Source: Clostridia bacterium (GTDB lineage Bacteria > Bacillota > UBA994 > PWPR01). Taken from it: a stretch of DNA of 64,000 nucleotides. This document shows positions 29,544 to 37,234 of this stretch, in pieces. Every line of letters starts with the position of its first letter. The stretch's first letter is position 1. The DNA is taken from positions 16,101 through 80,100 of the forward strand of contig JBKHBO010000003.1 in NCBI GenBank assembly GCA_046542315.1, in the 5' to 3' direction. The notes under the pieces were generated by a model, which worked only from the letters and a program-made list of their open reading frames with translations, ran no database searches and was not told the DNA's origin. Made by a program: the position numbers and the translations under genes.

Positions 29544-31045
29544 TGGGTAAAGCATTAAGATTAGTAGGAGTTTTAACTGTTATATGTGTAATCTCTGCCT
29601 TGCTGTTATCCTATGTATATAATGATGTTGCTGCGCCAGCAATAGCAGCAAGAGAAAAAGAAGAAGCAATTAGTGTTGTGAAAGAGATTGTACCAGATGC
29701 TGATGATTATGAAATAGTTCAAGATGATAATGGGAAAATAAAGCACTATGAAGTAATAGTAGATGGAAAGGTAGAACAAGTAGCAATACCTGCTGAAGCT
29801 ACTGGTTTTGCAGGACCAGTAAAATTACTTGTAGTGACCGATATGGATGGAAAAATTACTGGAGTATCAGTAGCTGGCCAGTCGGAGACACCAGGATATG
29901 GTGATAAAATCCTTACTGAGCCATGGTTTATTGAACAGTTTGAAGGCATGAGCCTTATAGAGAATGAGTTTGTTGTAGGATCAGACATCGATGCATTGGC
30001 AGGTGCTACTGTAACCTCAGGAGCTGCTGGAAGAGCAGTTCAAAATGCTGCTGAATATTTCATGGTTAATTTCATGGAGGGTATGGAAGAAGAACTTGCA
30101 GAACAAGAAAGACAAGATGCCTATGACAGTATGAAAGAATTATTACCAGACGCTGACGACTTTGATTATGTAAGTAATGAAGATGGAGAAACTCTCTATT
30201 ATACTGCATTACAGGAAGGAGAAGTTTATGCGTATGGGTTTATAACTGAAAGTAAAGGACTAAATGGTCCAGTAGTTATATTGACAGTTACAGATACAGA
30301 AGGCGTCATAATTGATAATAAAGTTATTAGCCAAGTTGATACACCTGATTATGGAGATAGAATTATTGATGAACCTGAATTTATGGAACAGTTTATTGAT
30401 ATGAGTTTATCTGAAGACACATTTGCCATTGGAGATACCATTGATGGACTTTCGGGTGCAACTGTTACTTCCACTGGAGCGACTAAAGCTGTCGCTAACG
30501 CTGCTAATATATGGGAGGAACATTTAGGAGATGGCACAAGTGCAAATCAAGAGAATGGCGTATCAGAAGAGGAGTCTACAGAAGAAGGGTCTACAAAAGA
30601 AGATTCAGAAGAAGATTATGATATTTCTTCATTAATGGACGAGCATCTTGAACAGATATCTGAGTATGAGAAAGAAAAAGTAGATGAAGGAACATATTAT
30701 TTAGCCAAGAGTGATGATCAAACACAGGCAATTGGTATATTGACAAAAGCTGAAGGAATGCAAAGTGACATAGTAATGCTAACGATAACTGATATAGATG
30801 GAAATGTTATTGATTTGGTAGTAGTAGACCAAGATGATACTCCGTCTCTAGGTGATCAAATAATTACAGAAGAGTGGTTTACTGATCAATATCAGGGATT
30901 GAGCTTAGTTGACTGTTCATTTGAAGTTGGTAGTGATATTGATGTAATTGCTAGTGTAACAATAACATCAGAAGCAGCAAATGAGGCAGTTATCAAAGCA
31001 TCTGAGATATTTAAAGACTATATCATGGAAGGAGCTGGACAATAA
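29543..31045 (+). CDS. rnfG: Rnf complex subunit G, atypically long (three tandem FMN-binding domains)
   Basis: Occupies the G position in the rnfCDGEAB order. N-terminal anchor helix, then three FMN_bind-like repeats; GATVTS motifs sit at aa 154-159 and 305-310. Confidence 0.85.
   Translation: MGKALRLVGVLTVICVISALLLSYVYNDVAAPAIAAREKEEAISVVKEIVPDADDYEIVQDDNGKIKHYEVIVDGKVEQVAIPAEATGFAGPVKLLVVTDMDGKITGVSVAGQSETPGYGDKILTEPWFIEQFEGMSLIENEFVVGSDIDALAGATVTSGAAGRAVQNAAEYFMVNFMEGMEEELAEQERQDAYDSMKELLPDADDFDYVSNEDGETLYYTALQEGEVYAYGFITESKGLNGPVVILTVTDTEGVIIDNKVISQVDTPDYGDRIIDEPEFMEQFIDMSLSEDTFAIGDTIDGLSGATVTSTGATKAVANAANIWEEHLGDGTSANQENGVSEEESTEEGSTKEDSEEDYDISSLMDEHLEQISEYEKEKVDEGTYYLAKSDDQTQAIGILTKAEGMQSDIVMLTITDIDGNVIDLVVVDQDDTPSLGDQIITEEWFTDQYQGLSLVDCSFEVGSDIDVIASVTITSEAANEAVIKASEIFKDYIMEGAGQ
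29672..30070 (+). repeat. RnfG FMN-binding domain repeat 1 (aa 44-176; motif DALAGAT)
   Basis: By-eye protein-level alignment to repeats 2 and 3: PDADD, G.(A/N)GPV, TD..G.I, (E/D)TP.YGD, EQF, IDxLxGATVTS. Confidence 0.7.
30122..30520 (+). repeat. RnfG FMN-binding domain repeat 2 (aa 194-326; motif DGLSGAT)
   Basis: Same architecture as repeat 1. The nucleotide sequence is clearly diverged from repeat 1. Confidence 0.7.
30629..31027 (+). repeat. RnfG FMN-binding domain repeat 3 (aa 363-495; degenerate motif DVIASVT)
   Basis: Same architecture (ITDIDGNVID, DDTPSLGD, WFTDQYQG, SDIDVIASVTITS), but G-A of the flavinylation motif is replaced by S-V. Confidence 0.6.
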
Positions 31046-31653
31046 TGCAAGAATTTATTCAAAATATTAGAAATGGCTTAATTGATGAAAATCCAGTCTA
31101 TGTTATGTTACTTGGTATGTGTCCAGCTATAGGTATAACAACAGCAGTAATTAATGGTATTGGAATGGGTTTAGCTACAACTTTCGTTTTACTTGGTTCG
31201 AACATAGTAATATCTTTATTAAGAAAGATAATTCCAGAAGAAGTTAGAATACCATCATTTATTGTAATTATTGCAACCTTTGTAACAATCGTAGACTTGC
31301 TTATGGCTGCATATGCTCCTGACTTACATGGAGCATTAGGAGTTTTCATTCCACTTATAGTTGTTAACTGTTTAATTTTACAAAGAGCAGAAGCAAAAGC
31401 ATCAAAAAGCAATTTGGTACAATCTATTGGTGATGCTTTGGGAATGGGTTTAGGATTTACATTAGCAATTACAATTTTATCATTCTTTAGGGAATTGCTT
31501 GGTAGTGGTTCGGTATTAGGGTATTCATTATTCTCTGATTTTGCACCACTTAGGGTGATGAATGAATCAGCTGGAGGATTTATTACACTTGCTTTAATCC
31601 TAGGATTCTTAAACTGGTATAAAGTAAGAAGTAAAGGAGGTAGCAAAGCATGA
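31045..31653 (+). CDS. rnfE: Rnf complex subunit E
   Basis: Polytopic NqrD/RnfE-type protein (LLGMCPA, PLIVVNC). Operon position fits. Confidence 0.9.
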   Translation: MQEFIQNIRNGLIDENPVYVMLLGMCPAIGITTAVINGIGMGLATTFVLLGSNIVISLLRKIIPEEVRIPSFIVIIATFVTIVDLLMAAYAPDLHGALGVFIPLIVVNCLILQRAEAKASKSNLVQSIGDALGMGLGFTLAITILSFFRELLGSGSVLGYSLFSDFAPLRVMNESAGGFITLALILGFLNWYKVRSKGGSKA

Positions 31654-32228
31654 TAAAATCAATATTAGTAATTTTAGCAAGTGCAGCTATAGTTAATAAC
31701 TTTGTATTTAAACAAACCCTTGGTATCTGTCCTTTCTTAGGAGTTTCAAATAGAGTTGAAACCTCTTTAGGAATGGGAGCTGCAGTTACATTTGTAATGG
31801 CTATGGCTTCAGCAGTAACTTGGGCAATACAAGAATATATACTTAATGAGTTTGGGTTAGAGTATATGCAAACCATCATGTTTATATTAGTAATTGCTAC
31901 TTTAGTACAGTTAGTAGAAATGTTTATTAAAAAGAGTAGCCCAACACTTTATAAAGGGTTAGGGGTATTTTTGCCACTAATTACTACAAATTGTGCTGTG
32001 TTAGGTGTAGCTCTATTGAATATAAGATCTGAATATACTCTCTTTGAGTCTATTTTTAGCGGAATAGGTGCAGCATTAGGTTTCACTTTAGCCTTGGTTT
32101 TATTAGCTGGGATAAGAGAGCGTTTAGATGAGTGCGAGCTACCAAAAGCATTTGAAGGTCTACCTATAGCGTTAATAGCTGCAGGCATACTGGCACTTGC
32201 ATTTAGTGGTTTTCAAGGAATATTGTAG
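31650..32228 (+). CDS. rnfA: Rnf complex subunit A
   Basis: NqrE/RnfA-type protein (LGICPFLGVS, LPLITTNCAVLG). Operon position fits. Confidence 0.9.
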   Translation: MIKSILVILASAAIVNNFVFKQTLGICPFLGVSNRVETSLGMGAAVTFVMAMASAVTWAIQEYILNEFGLEYMQTIMFILVIATLVQLVEMFIKKSSPTLYKGLGVFLPLITTNCAVLGVALLNIRSEYTLFESIFSGIGAALGFTLALVLLAGIRERLDECELPKAFEGLPIALIAAGILALAFSGFQGIL

Positions 32229-32241
32229 GTGAGGTGAGATT

Positions 32242-33024
32242 ATGACTGAAGCTATTATAAGTCTAGGATCTTTAGGTCTTTTATTTGGTGTTTTATTAAC
32301 AATAGCATCAAAGGCTTTTAGTATTGAAGCTGATCCTAAAGAAGAAATGGTGTTAGATGTTTTGCCAGGAGCTAACTGTGGTGCCTGCGGGTACCCTGGA
32401 TGTAGCGCTTATGCAGCAGCTGTAGCAAGCGGTGAAGCAGATATTGATAAATGCCCTGTAGGTGGTCCAAAATTAGCAGCACAGATAGGATCAATAATGG
32501 GTAAAGAAGCAAAGGATCAAGAAAAAATAACTGCTACAGTAAGATGTCGAGGAGATAACACTATAGCTAAAACTCGATATGAGTATGACGGCATTAAAAC
32601 CTGTAGTGCAGCAGATGTTGTTGCACATGGATTTAAAGGATGTACATATGGGTGCTTAGGTTTAGGGGATTGTGTCGAAGTTTGTGAGTTTGACGCTATT
32701 CACATAAACGACAAAGGTATTGCTATAGTAAATGAAGATAATTGTGTAGGATGTAGAAAATGTGTAACAGCCTGTCCAAGAGATATAATTTCTATGGATC
32801 CAGGAAGAGAGCACGTTCATGTACTTTGCAACTCTAATGATAGAGGAGCAGAAGTCCGCAAAGTTTGTGCAGAAGGATGTATAGCTTGTAGAATATGCGA
32901 GAAGAACTGCCCAACAGGTGCAATAAAGGTTATTGATAATTTAGCTGAAATAGATTATGATAAATGCATTAATTGCGGTTTATGTGCGAAAAAGTGCCCA
33001 ATGAACACAATTTCAGTAGAATAG
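32242..33024 (+). CDS. rnfB: Rnf complex subunit B (polyferredoxin)
   Basis: N-terminal TM helix, CGACGYPGC motif, then several CxxCxxCxxxCP clusters. Confidence 0.9.
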   Translation: MTEAIISLGSLGLLFGVLLTIASKAFSIEADPKEEMVLDVLPGANCGACGYPGCSAYAAAVASGEADIDKCPVGGPKLAAQIGSIMGKEAKDQEKITATVRCRGDNTIAKTRYEYDGIKTCSAADVVAHGFKGCTYGCLGLGDCVEVCEFDAIHINDKGIAIVNEDNCVGCRKCVTACPRDIISMDPGREHVHVLCNSNDRGAEVRKVCAEGCIACRICEKNCPTGAIKVIDNLAEIDYDKCINCGLCAKKCPMNTISVE

Positions 33025-33026
33025 AA

Positions 33027-33052
33027 ATAAGCGCGGATAAATCCGCGCTTAT
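33027..33052 (+). terminator. GC-rich hairpin after rnfB lacking a U-tract (weak or partial terminator)
   Basis: ATAAGCGCGGA-TAAA-TCCGCGCTTAT, followed by CTAATGA rather than a T-run. Confidence 0.45.
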
Positions 33053-33072
33053 CTAATGATAGAGGGTGTAAA

Positions 33073-34101
33073 ATGAAAAAAACAGTGATAGTTATTTTAA
33101 TATTATTTATATTTATTTTTTCAGCATGCACAAAAGAACTAGTGCATCATAATAAAAATTTTATGGCAATGAGCACAGTTGTTACTTATCAAGCTTATGC
33201 TGAAGAAGGTATAAATGTTAATAGTATTATTAAGGAAGCAATTTTAGGCACAGAAAAATTAATGAGCAGAACAGATTCAGAAAGCGAAATATATAAAATA
33301 AATGAATTAGCAGGGTCTGATAAAAAAGTTGAAGTATCTGAAGATGTTAAAGAAATAATTGAAACTTCTTTAATGTATCAAAACTTAACAAACAACTCTT
33401 TTAGAATAACGATTTATCCGTTGGTCGTTTTGTGGGATATTATGAATCCTGATGCACCAATACCAACAGACGAAGAGATTGAACAAGCAAAACAGCTTAG
33501 TGATACTAACAACCTTAGATATAATAAAGATGAAGGCACTCTTGCAATGATTGAAAAAGGTTCTGGAATAGACTTAGGTGGTATTGCTAAAGGCTTTGCT
33601 GTTGATCAGGCAGTAGAAGAACTAAAAGATCGAGGAGTAAGTCATGGCTTCATTAGTATTGGTGGGGGCGTACAGGCATTCGGAGGTAAAGAATCTGGTG
33701 ACCCATGGGTATTAGGTCTACAAAACCCAATAACACCTCAAAAGGGCCATTTTGCTACTTATGCTACACAAGATGGTGCTGTAGTTACATCTGGTGATTA
33801 CCAGAGGAGGAAGGTGCAAGATGAAGTAGTATATCATCACATTATTGACCCAGAAACTGGATATCCCGTTCAACAAGGGCTTGCTGCTGTAACAATTTTC
33901 ACTGATAATTCTACAGACGCTGATGCATATTCTACAGCTGTTTATATTATGGGATTTGAAAAGGGCTTAGACTTTGTCAATGAAAGAGAAGAAGTTGAAG
34001 CTATGTTTGTTTTTCATGATAAGACGGTTTATGCAACGGATGGAGTTAAAGATAAGATAAATGTAGTAGATTCGGAGTTTTATTTCGATGAGAATCGGTG
34101 A
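33073..34101 (+). CDS. apbE: FAD:protein FMN transferase ApbE (lipoprotein)
   Basis: Signal peptide with lipobox FSAC. ApbE motifs GGIAKGFAVD, SGDYQR, HHIIDPETG. Confidence 0.85.
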   Translation: MKKTVIVILILFIFIFSACTKELVHHNKNFMAMSTVVTYQAYAEEGINVNSIIKEAILGTEKLMSRTDSESEIYKINELAGSDKKVEVSEDVKEIIETSLMYQNLTNNSFRITIYPLVVLWDIMNPDAPIPTDEEIEQAKQLSDTNNLRYNKDEGTLAMIEKGSGIDLGGIAKGFAVDQAVEELKDRGVSHGFISIGGGVQAFGGKESGDPWVLGLQNPITPQKGHFATYATQDGAVVTSGDYQRRKVQDEVVYHHIIDPETGYPVQQGLAAVTIFTDNSTDADAYSTAVYIMGFEKGLDFVNEREEVEAMFVFHDKTVYATDGVKDKINVVDSEFYFDENR

Positions 34102-34456
34102 TAAAATTGTAGTGGTTCTAATTGTTATAAGCTTGATCGGTGTAGCATTTTACTGGTTTAATGGATCTAATGATGATTTGAAATATGTAGAAGTATGGCA
34201 AGACGGTGAATTGTATGGCATATATGAGCTAAATGATGAAGATAATGAGATTCTAATAGAAGCTCATGATATGTTTAATCTAATAGTGATAGAAGAAGGA
34301 TCAGTATATATGAAGGATGCTAATTGCCCAACACAACAATGTATTGCTCAAGGCGAAATTAATAGAGATAATCAGAGCATAGTATGTTTGCCCCATAAGA
34401 TAGTAGTAAAAGTTGTGGATGAAAATAATTCTGAGGTGGATTTTATTGTCAAGTAA
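34088..34456 (+). CDS. NusG domain II-containing membrane-anchored protein (DUF1312-like)
   Basis: N-terminal TM helix. C-terminal DANCPTQQCIAQGEI...IVCLPHKIVVKV matches the family consensus as I recall it. Confidence 0.7.
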   Translation: MRIGDKIVVVLIVISLIGVAFYWFNGSNDDLKYVEVWQDGELYGIYELNDEDNEILIEAHDMFNLIVIEEGSVYMKDANCPTQQCIAQGEINRDNQSIVCLPHKIVVKVVDENNSEVDFIVK

Positions 34457-35009
34457 TAGTAGTTTAAATAGAACAAGAAAATTAACATTAGTCGCAGTCT
34501 TACTTGCTACAGCTATAGCGCTTCATGTTATTGAGCGCAGTATTCCAATCCCAACAAATATACCAGGTTTGAAGTTGGGATTAGCAAATATAGTAACTGT
34601 AGTTACAATATTTATATTAAGAAAGCCTCAAGTCATAAGTTTTGTTATAATAAGGGTAATGATAACAACTCTCTTTTTCAGTGGGCTTACTGCTTTTTGG
34701 TTTAGCCTGACAGGAGCTTTATTTAGCTTACTTTTAATGATGATAATAGCTTATAAATTTCCTGATAAATTTAGCATTACTTCAATGAGTGTGATAGGTG
34801 CACTTGCTCATAATTTTGGGCAGTTGACAATTGCTGCATTAATAATTAGAACTTGGTCTTTATTTTACTACTTTCCAATAATTATGCTTTCTGCTATAGT
34901 GGCAGGATTTTTTGTAGGAGTTTCTTCTGCAAGGCTTTTAAAATTCTTATATAACAGACAATTTTTATTAAAAACAAAAGAGTATTTATTAATAGCTGAT
35001 AAGGAATGA
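34446..35009 (+). CDS. Gx transporter family protein (often mis-annotated as heptaprenyl diphosphate synthase component I)
   Basis: Polytopic; LLATAIALHVIERSIPIPTNIPGLKLGLANIVT is typical of the family. Start chosen at TTG 34446, 6 nt after GAGGTGG; alternatives are 34413 and 34419. Confidence 0.7.
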   Translation: MSSNSSLNRTRKLTLVAVLLATAIALHVIERSIPIPTNIPGLKLGLANIVTVVTIFILRKPQVISFVIIRVMITTLFFSGLTAFWFSLTGALFSLLLMMIIAYKFPDKFSITSMSVIGALAHNFGQLTIAALIIRTWSLFYYFPIIMLSAIVAGFFVGVSSARLLKFLYNRQFLLKTKEYLLIADKE

Positions 35010-35013
35010 TTAA

Positions 35014-35997
35014 ATGGGCAAAGCATCAAGAAATAAAACATTAGAATTAAGTGAAAATGATATTGCTAGGTTTGAGACAGAGCTGGTAAGACTAACCTCA
35101 GAAAGAAGTGTTGGTGAACTAGTTGATAGTGTCATAAATCAAGATTTATTAGAAGCTGTAGAATTTATCCCAAAAAAATCAATTTCATTATTGTTTATGG
35201 ATCCACCTTATAATCTAACAAAGAAATATAATTCAACTGTTTTTAATGAGAAGTCCTATAAAGAATATTATAAGATGTTTGAAAAATGGTTCAAAGCACT
35301 TCTGCCACTTCTTAAAGAAGATGCTTCAATTTATGTATGTAGTGAATGGAAAACATCCTCTATTATTTTTGAAATTTTAAATAAATATACTGAGGTAAGA
35401 AATAGAATTGTTTGGAAAAGAGATAAAGGAAGAGGATCAAAAACAAATTGGAAAAATAATAGTGAAGACGTATGGTTTTGCACAATAGGGAAAGATTATT
35501 ATTTTAATGTTGATAATGTCAAAGAATATAAACCAGTAATTGCACCATATAGAAATAGCAAAGGTGATGCTAAAGATTGGTATGATTCTAAAGATGGTAA
35601 TAAATACAGATTGACCCACCCATCTAATATTTGGACTGACTTAACAGTACCGTTTTGGTCTATGCCAGAGAATACAAATCATCCTACTCAAAAGCCAGAA
35701 AAAATGTTGGCTAGGATATTATTAGCAAGTTCAAAGAAAAATGATTTAGTTTTAGATCCTTTTTTAGGATCAGGAACAACAGCTGTAGTTGCAAAAAAAC
35801 TTGGTAGGAGATATATTGGTATTGAAAGAGAAAAGAAGTATTGTTTATATGCACTCAAGAGATTAGAAGCTGCAAAACATAATATTAGAATTCAAGGTTA
35901 TGAAAATGGAATTTTTCTGCCTAGAAATTTAAATCAAAAAAAAATAAAGAACTCCAAGGTTAGCAAAAAGCAGCAAAAGCTCAAATTTAATAAGTGA
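35014..35997 (+). CDS. site-specific DNA methyltransferase, beta-class N6-adenine/N4-cytosine family (DPPY type)
   Basis: Motif IV LLFMDPPYNL precedes AdoMet motif I DPFLGSGTTAVVAKKLGRRYIGIERE. NHPTQKPEKML is also present. No adjacent endonuclease is recognisable. Confidence 0.8.
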   Translation: MGKASRNKTLELSENDIARFETELVRLTSERSVGELVDSVINQDLLEAVEFIPKKSISLLFMDPPYNLTKKYNSTVFNEKSYKEYYKMFEKWFKALLPLLKEDASIYVCSEWKTSSIIFEILNKYTEVRNRIVWKRDKGRGSKTNWKNNSEDVWFCTIGKDYYFNVDNVKEYKPVIAPYRNSKGDAKDWYDSKDGNKYRLTHPSNIWTDLTVPFWSMPENTNHPTQKPEKMLARILLASSKKNDLVLDPFLGSGTTAVVAKKLGRRYIGIEREKKYCLYALKRLEAAKHNIRIQGYENGIFLPRNLNQKKIKNSKVSKKQQKLKFNK

Positions 35998-36009
35998 GAG
36001 TGAGTTATA

Positions 36010-37233
36010 ATGTTAAAACCAAGTAGAGTAACAATAGTGGCTATTTTTTCAGTATTAGTATATTCTCTTGTTTTAAATTATGATTTGCCTCATTTTTTTT
36101 ATTTATTAAACATACTTTTGCTTGTGTGGTTGCTTAAGGCTTTATTTATTTTTAGTAAAGTAGATGAGTCTAAGATTTCTGACAGATTGGGCATTTTATT
36201 AATATTGAGTATTATTTTGAATCAGCTTGTTATTGTTGATCTAAGACTTCTTGTTATTTTTATGGTAACTATATCTCTTTTAATAATTGATATTTTTACT
36301 AGAATTAATAGACTGGCAAAGGTCAAACAATATCACCTATTTATTTTCTCTCTATTAATTATTTCTCCTATTATTTTGTTAAGTTTAAATAGTAATAACA
36401 TAGAGATATATCTCTTTATAGTATTACTCAATCTTTTCTATATAGCTTATTTAGCAAAAAAGTATATCAAGAAACAATATCACTTAATAATTAACAAAAC
36501 CCCACAGATGAGTAAAAAAACTTTTCTTAATCAGTTAGAAATAGCAAGAAAAGTGCAAAAAGAATTCTTACCAAAAAAAAATTCAATCCAAGGAGCAAAA
36601 ATTTATTCAATATATGAGCCTTTATGGCAGATTGGAGGAGATTTTTGTAACGTGATAAATCTTAGACAAAAAGATTTATATAGCTTAATTATAGGAGATG
36701 TTGTAGGGAAGGGTTTGGCAGCAGCTTTAATTATGACAGACTTAGTAACTACTACTCAAATGGTTAGTTACGAAAAATATGACCCGTCTCATGTCATTAA
36801 AATTTTAAATAATAGATTTTGCAACAATAACTATAATAACCACTCTTACTTTGCAACTGCTTGCTGTATGCTTTTCAATATGGAAAAAAGAGTGATAGAG
36901 ATTTGTAACGCAGGCCATGAACCACCTTATATTTTTAGAAAAAAAGATAATAAAGTGGTTAAAATCGATCAGAATGAAGTAATGCTTGGAGTAGATTGTG
37001 ATAAAATAGACTACGAGAGATATAGTATCAACTTTGAAGATGGTGATATTTTAGCGCTATATACCGATGGTCTACTTAATGTATTGGATGATGATGTGGA
37101 GAATGCCTTACATGATTGTTTAAATCTAAAAGGCGAAAAGATAATAGAATGTATTAAGAATAAAGTTGAGGAAAGCAATAAGACTGTAATAGATGACTTT
37201 TTGTTTCTAATAATTGAATTTGGAGGAGTATAA
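36010..37233 (+). CDS. membrane-anchored PP2C-type (SpoIIE/RsbU-like) serine phosphatase
   Basis: About 160 aa of hydrophobic helices, then the PPM/SpoIIE domain: GGDFCNV, IGDVVGKGLAAALIM, LYTDGLLNV. Confidence 0.75.
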   Translation: MLKPSRVTIVAIFSVLVYSLVLNYDLPHFFYLLNILLLVWLLKALFIFSKVDESKISDRLGILLILSIILNQLVIVDLRLLVIFMVTISLLIIDIFTRINRLAKVKQYHLFIFSLLIISPIILLSLNSNNIEIYLFIVLLNLFYIAYLAKKYIKKQYHLIINKTPQMSKKTFLNQLEIARKVQKEFLPKKNSIQGAKIYSIYEPLWQIGGDFCNVINLRQKDLYSLIIGDVVGKGLAAALIMTDLVTTTQMVSYEKYDPSHVIKILNNRFCNNNYNNHSYFATACCMLFNMEKRVIEICNAGHEPPYIFRKKDNKVVKIDQNEVMLGVDCDKIDYERYSINFEDGDILALYTDGLLNVLDDDVENALHDCLNLKGEKIIECIKNKVEESNKTVIDDFLFLIIEFGGV

Positions 37234-37234
37234 A

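Noticed and set aside
31098-31879. 182-aa and 98-aa minus-strand ORFs over rnfE/rnfA
   Set aside because: They are antisense shadow ORFs inside polytopic membrane-protein genes. Their composition mirrors the complement of hydrophobic codons, and they have no independent start signals.
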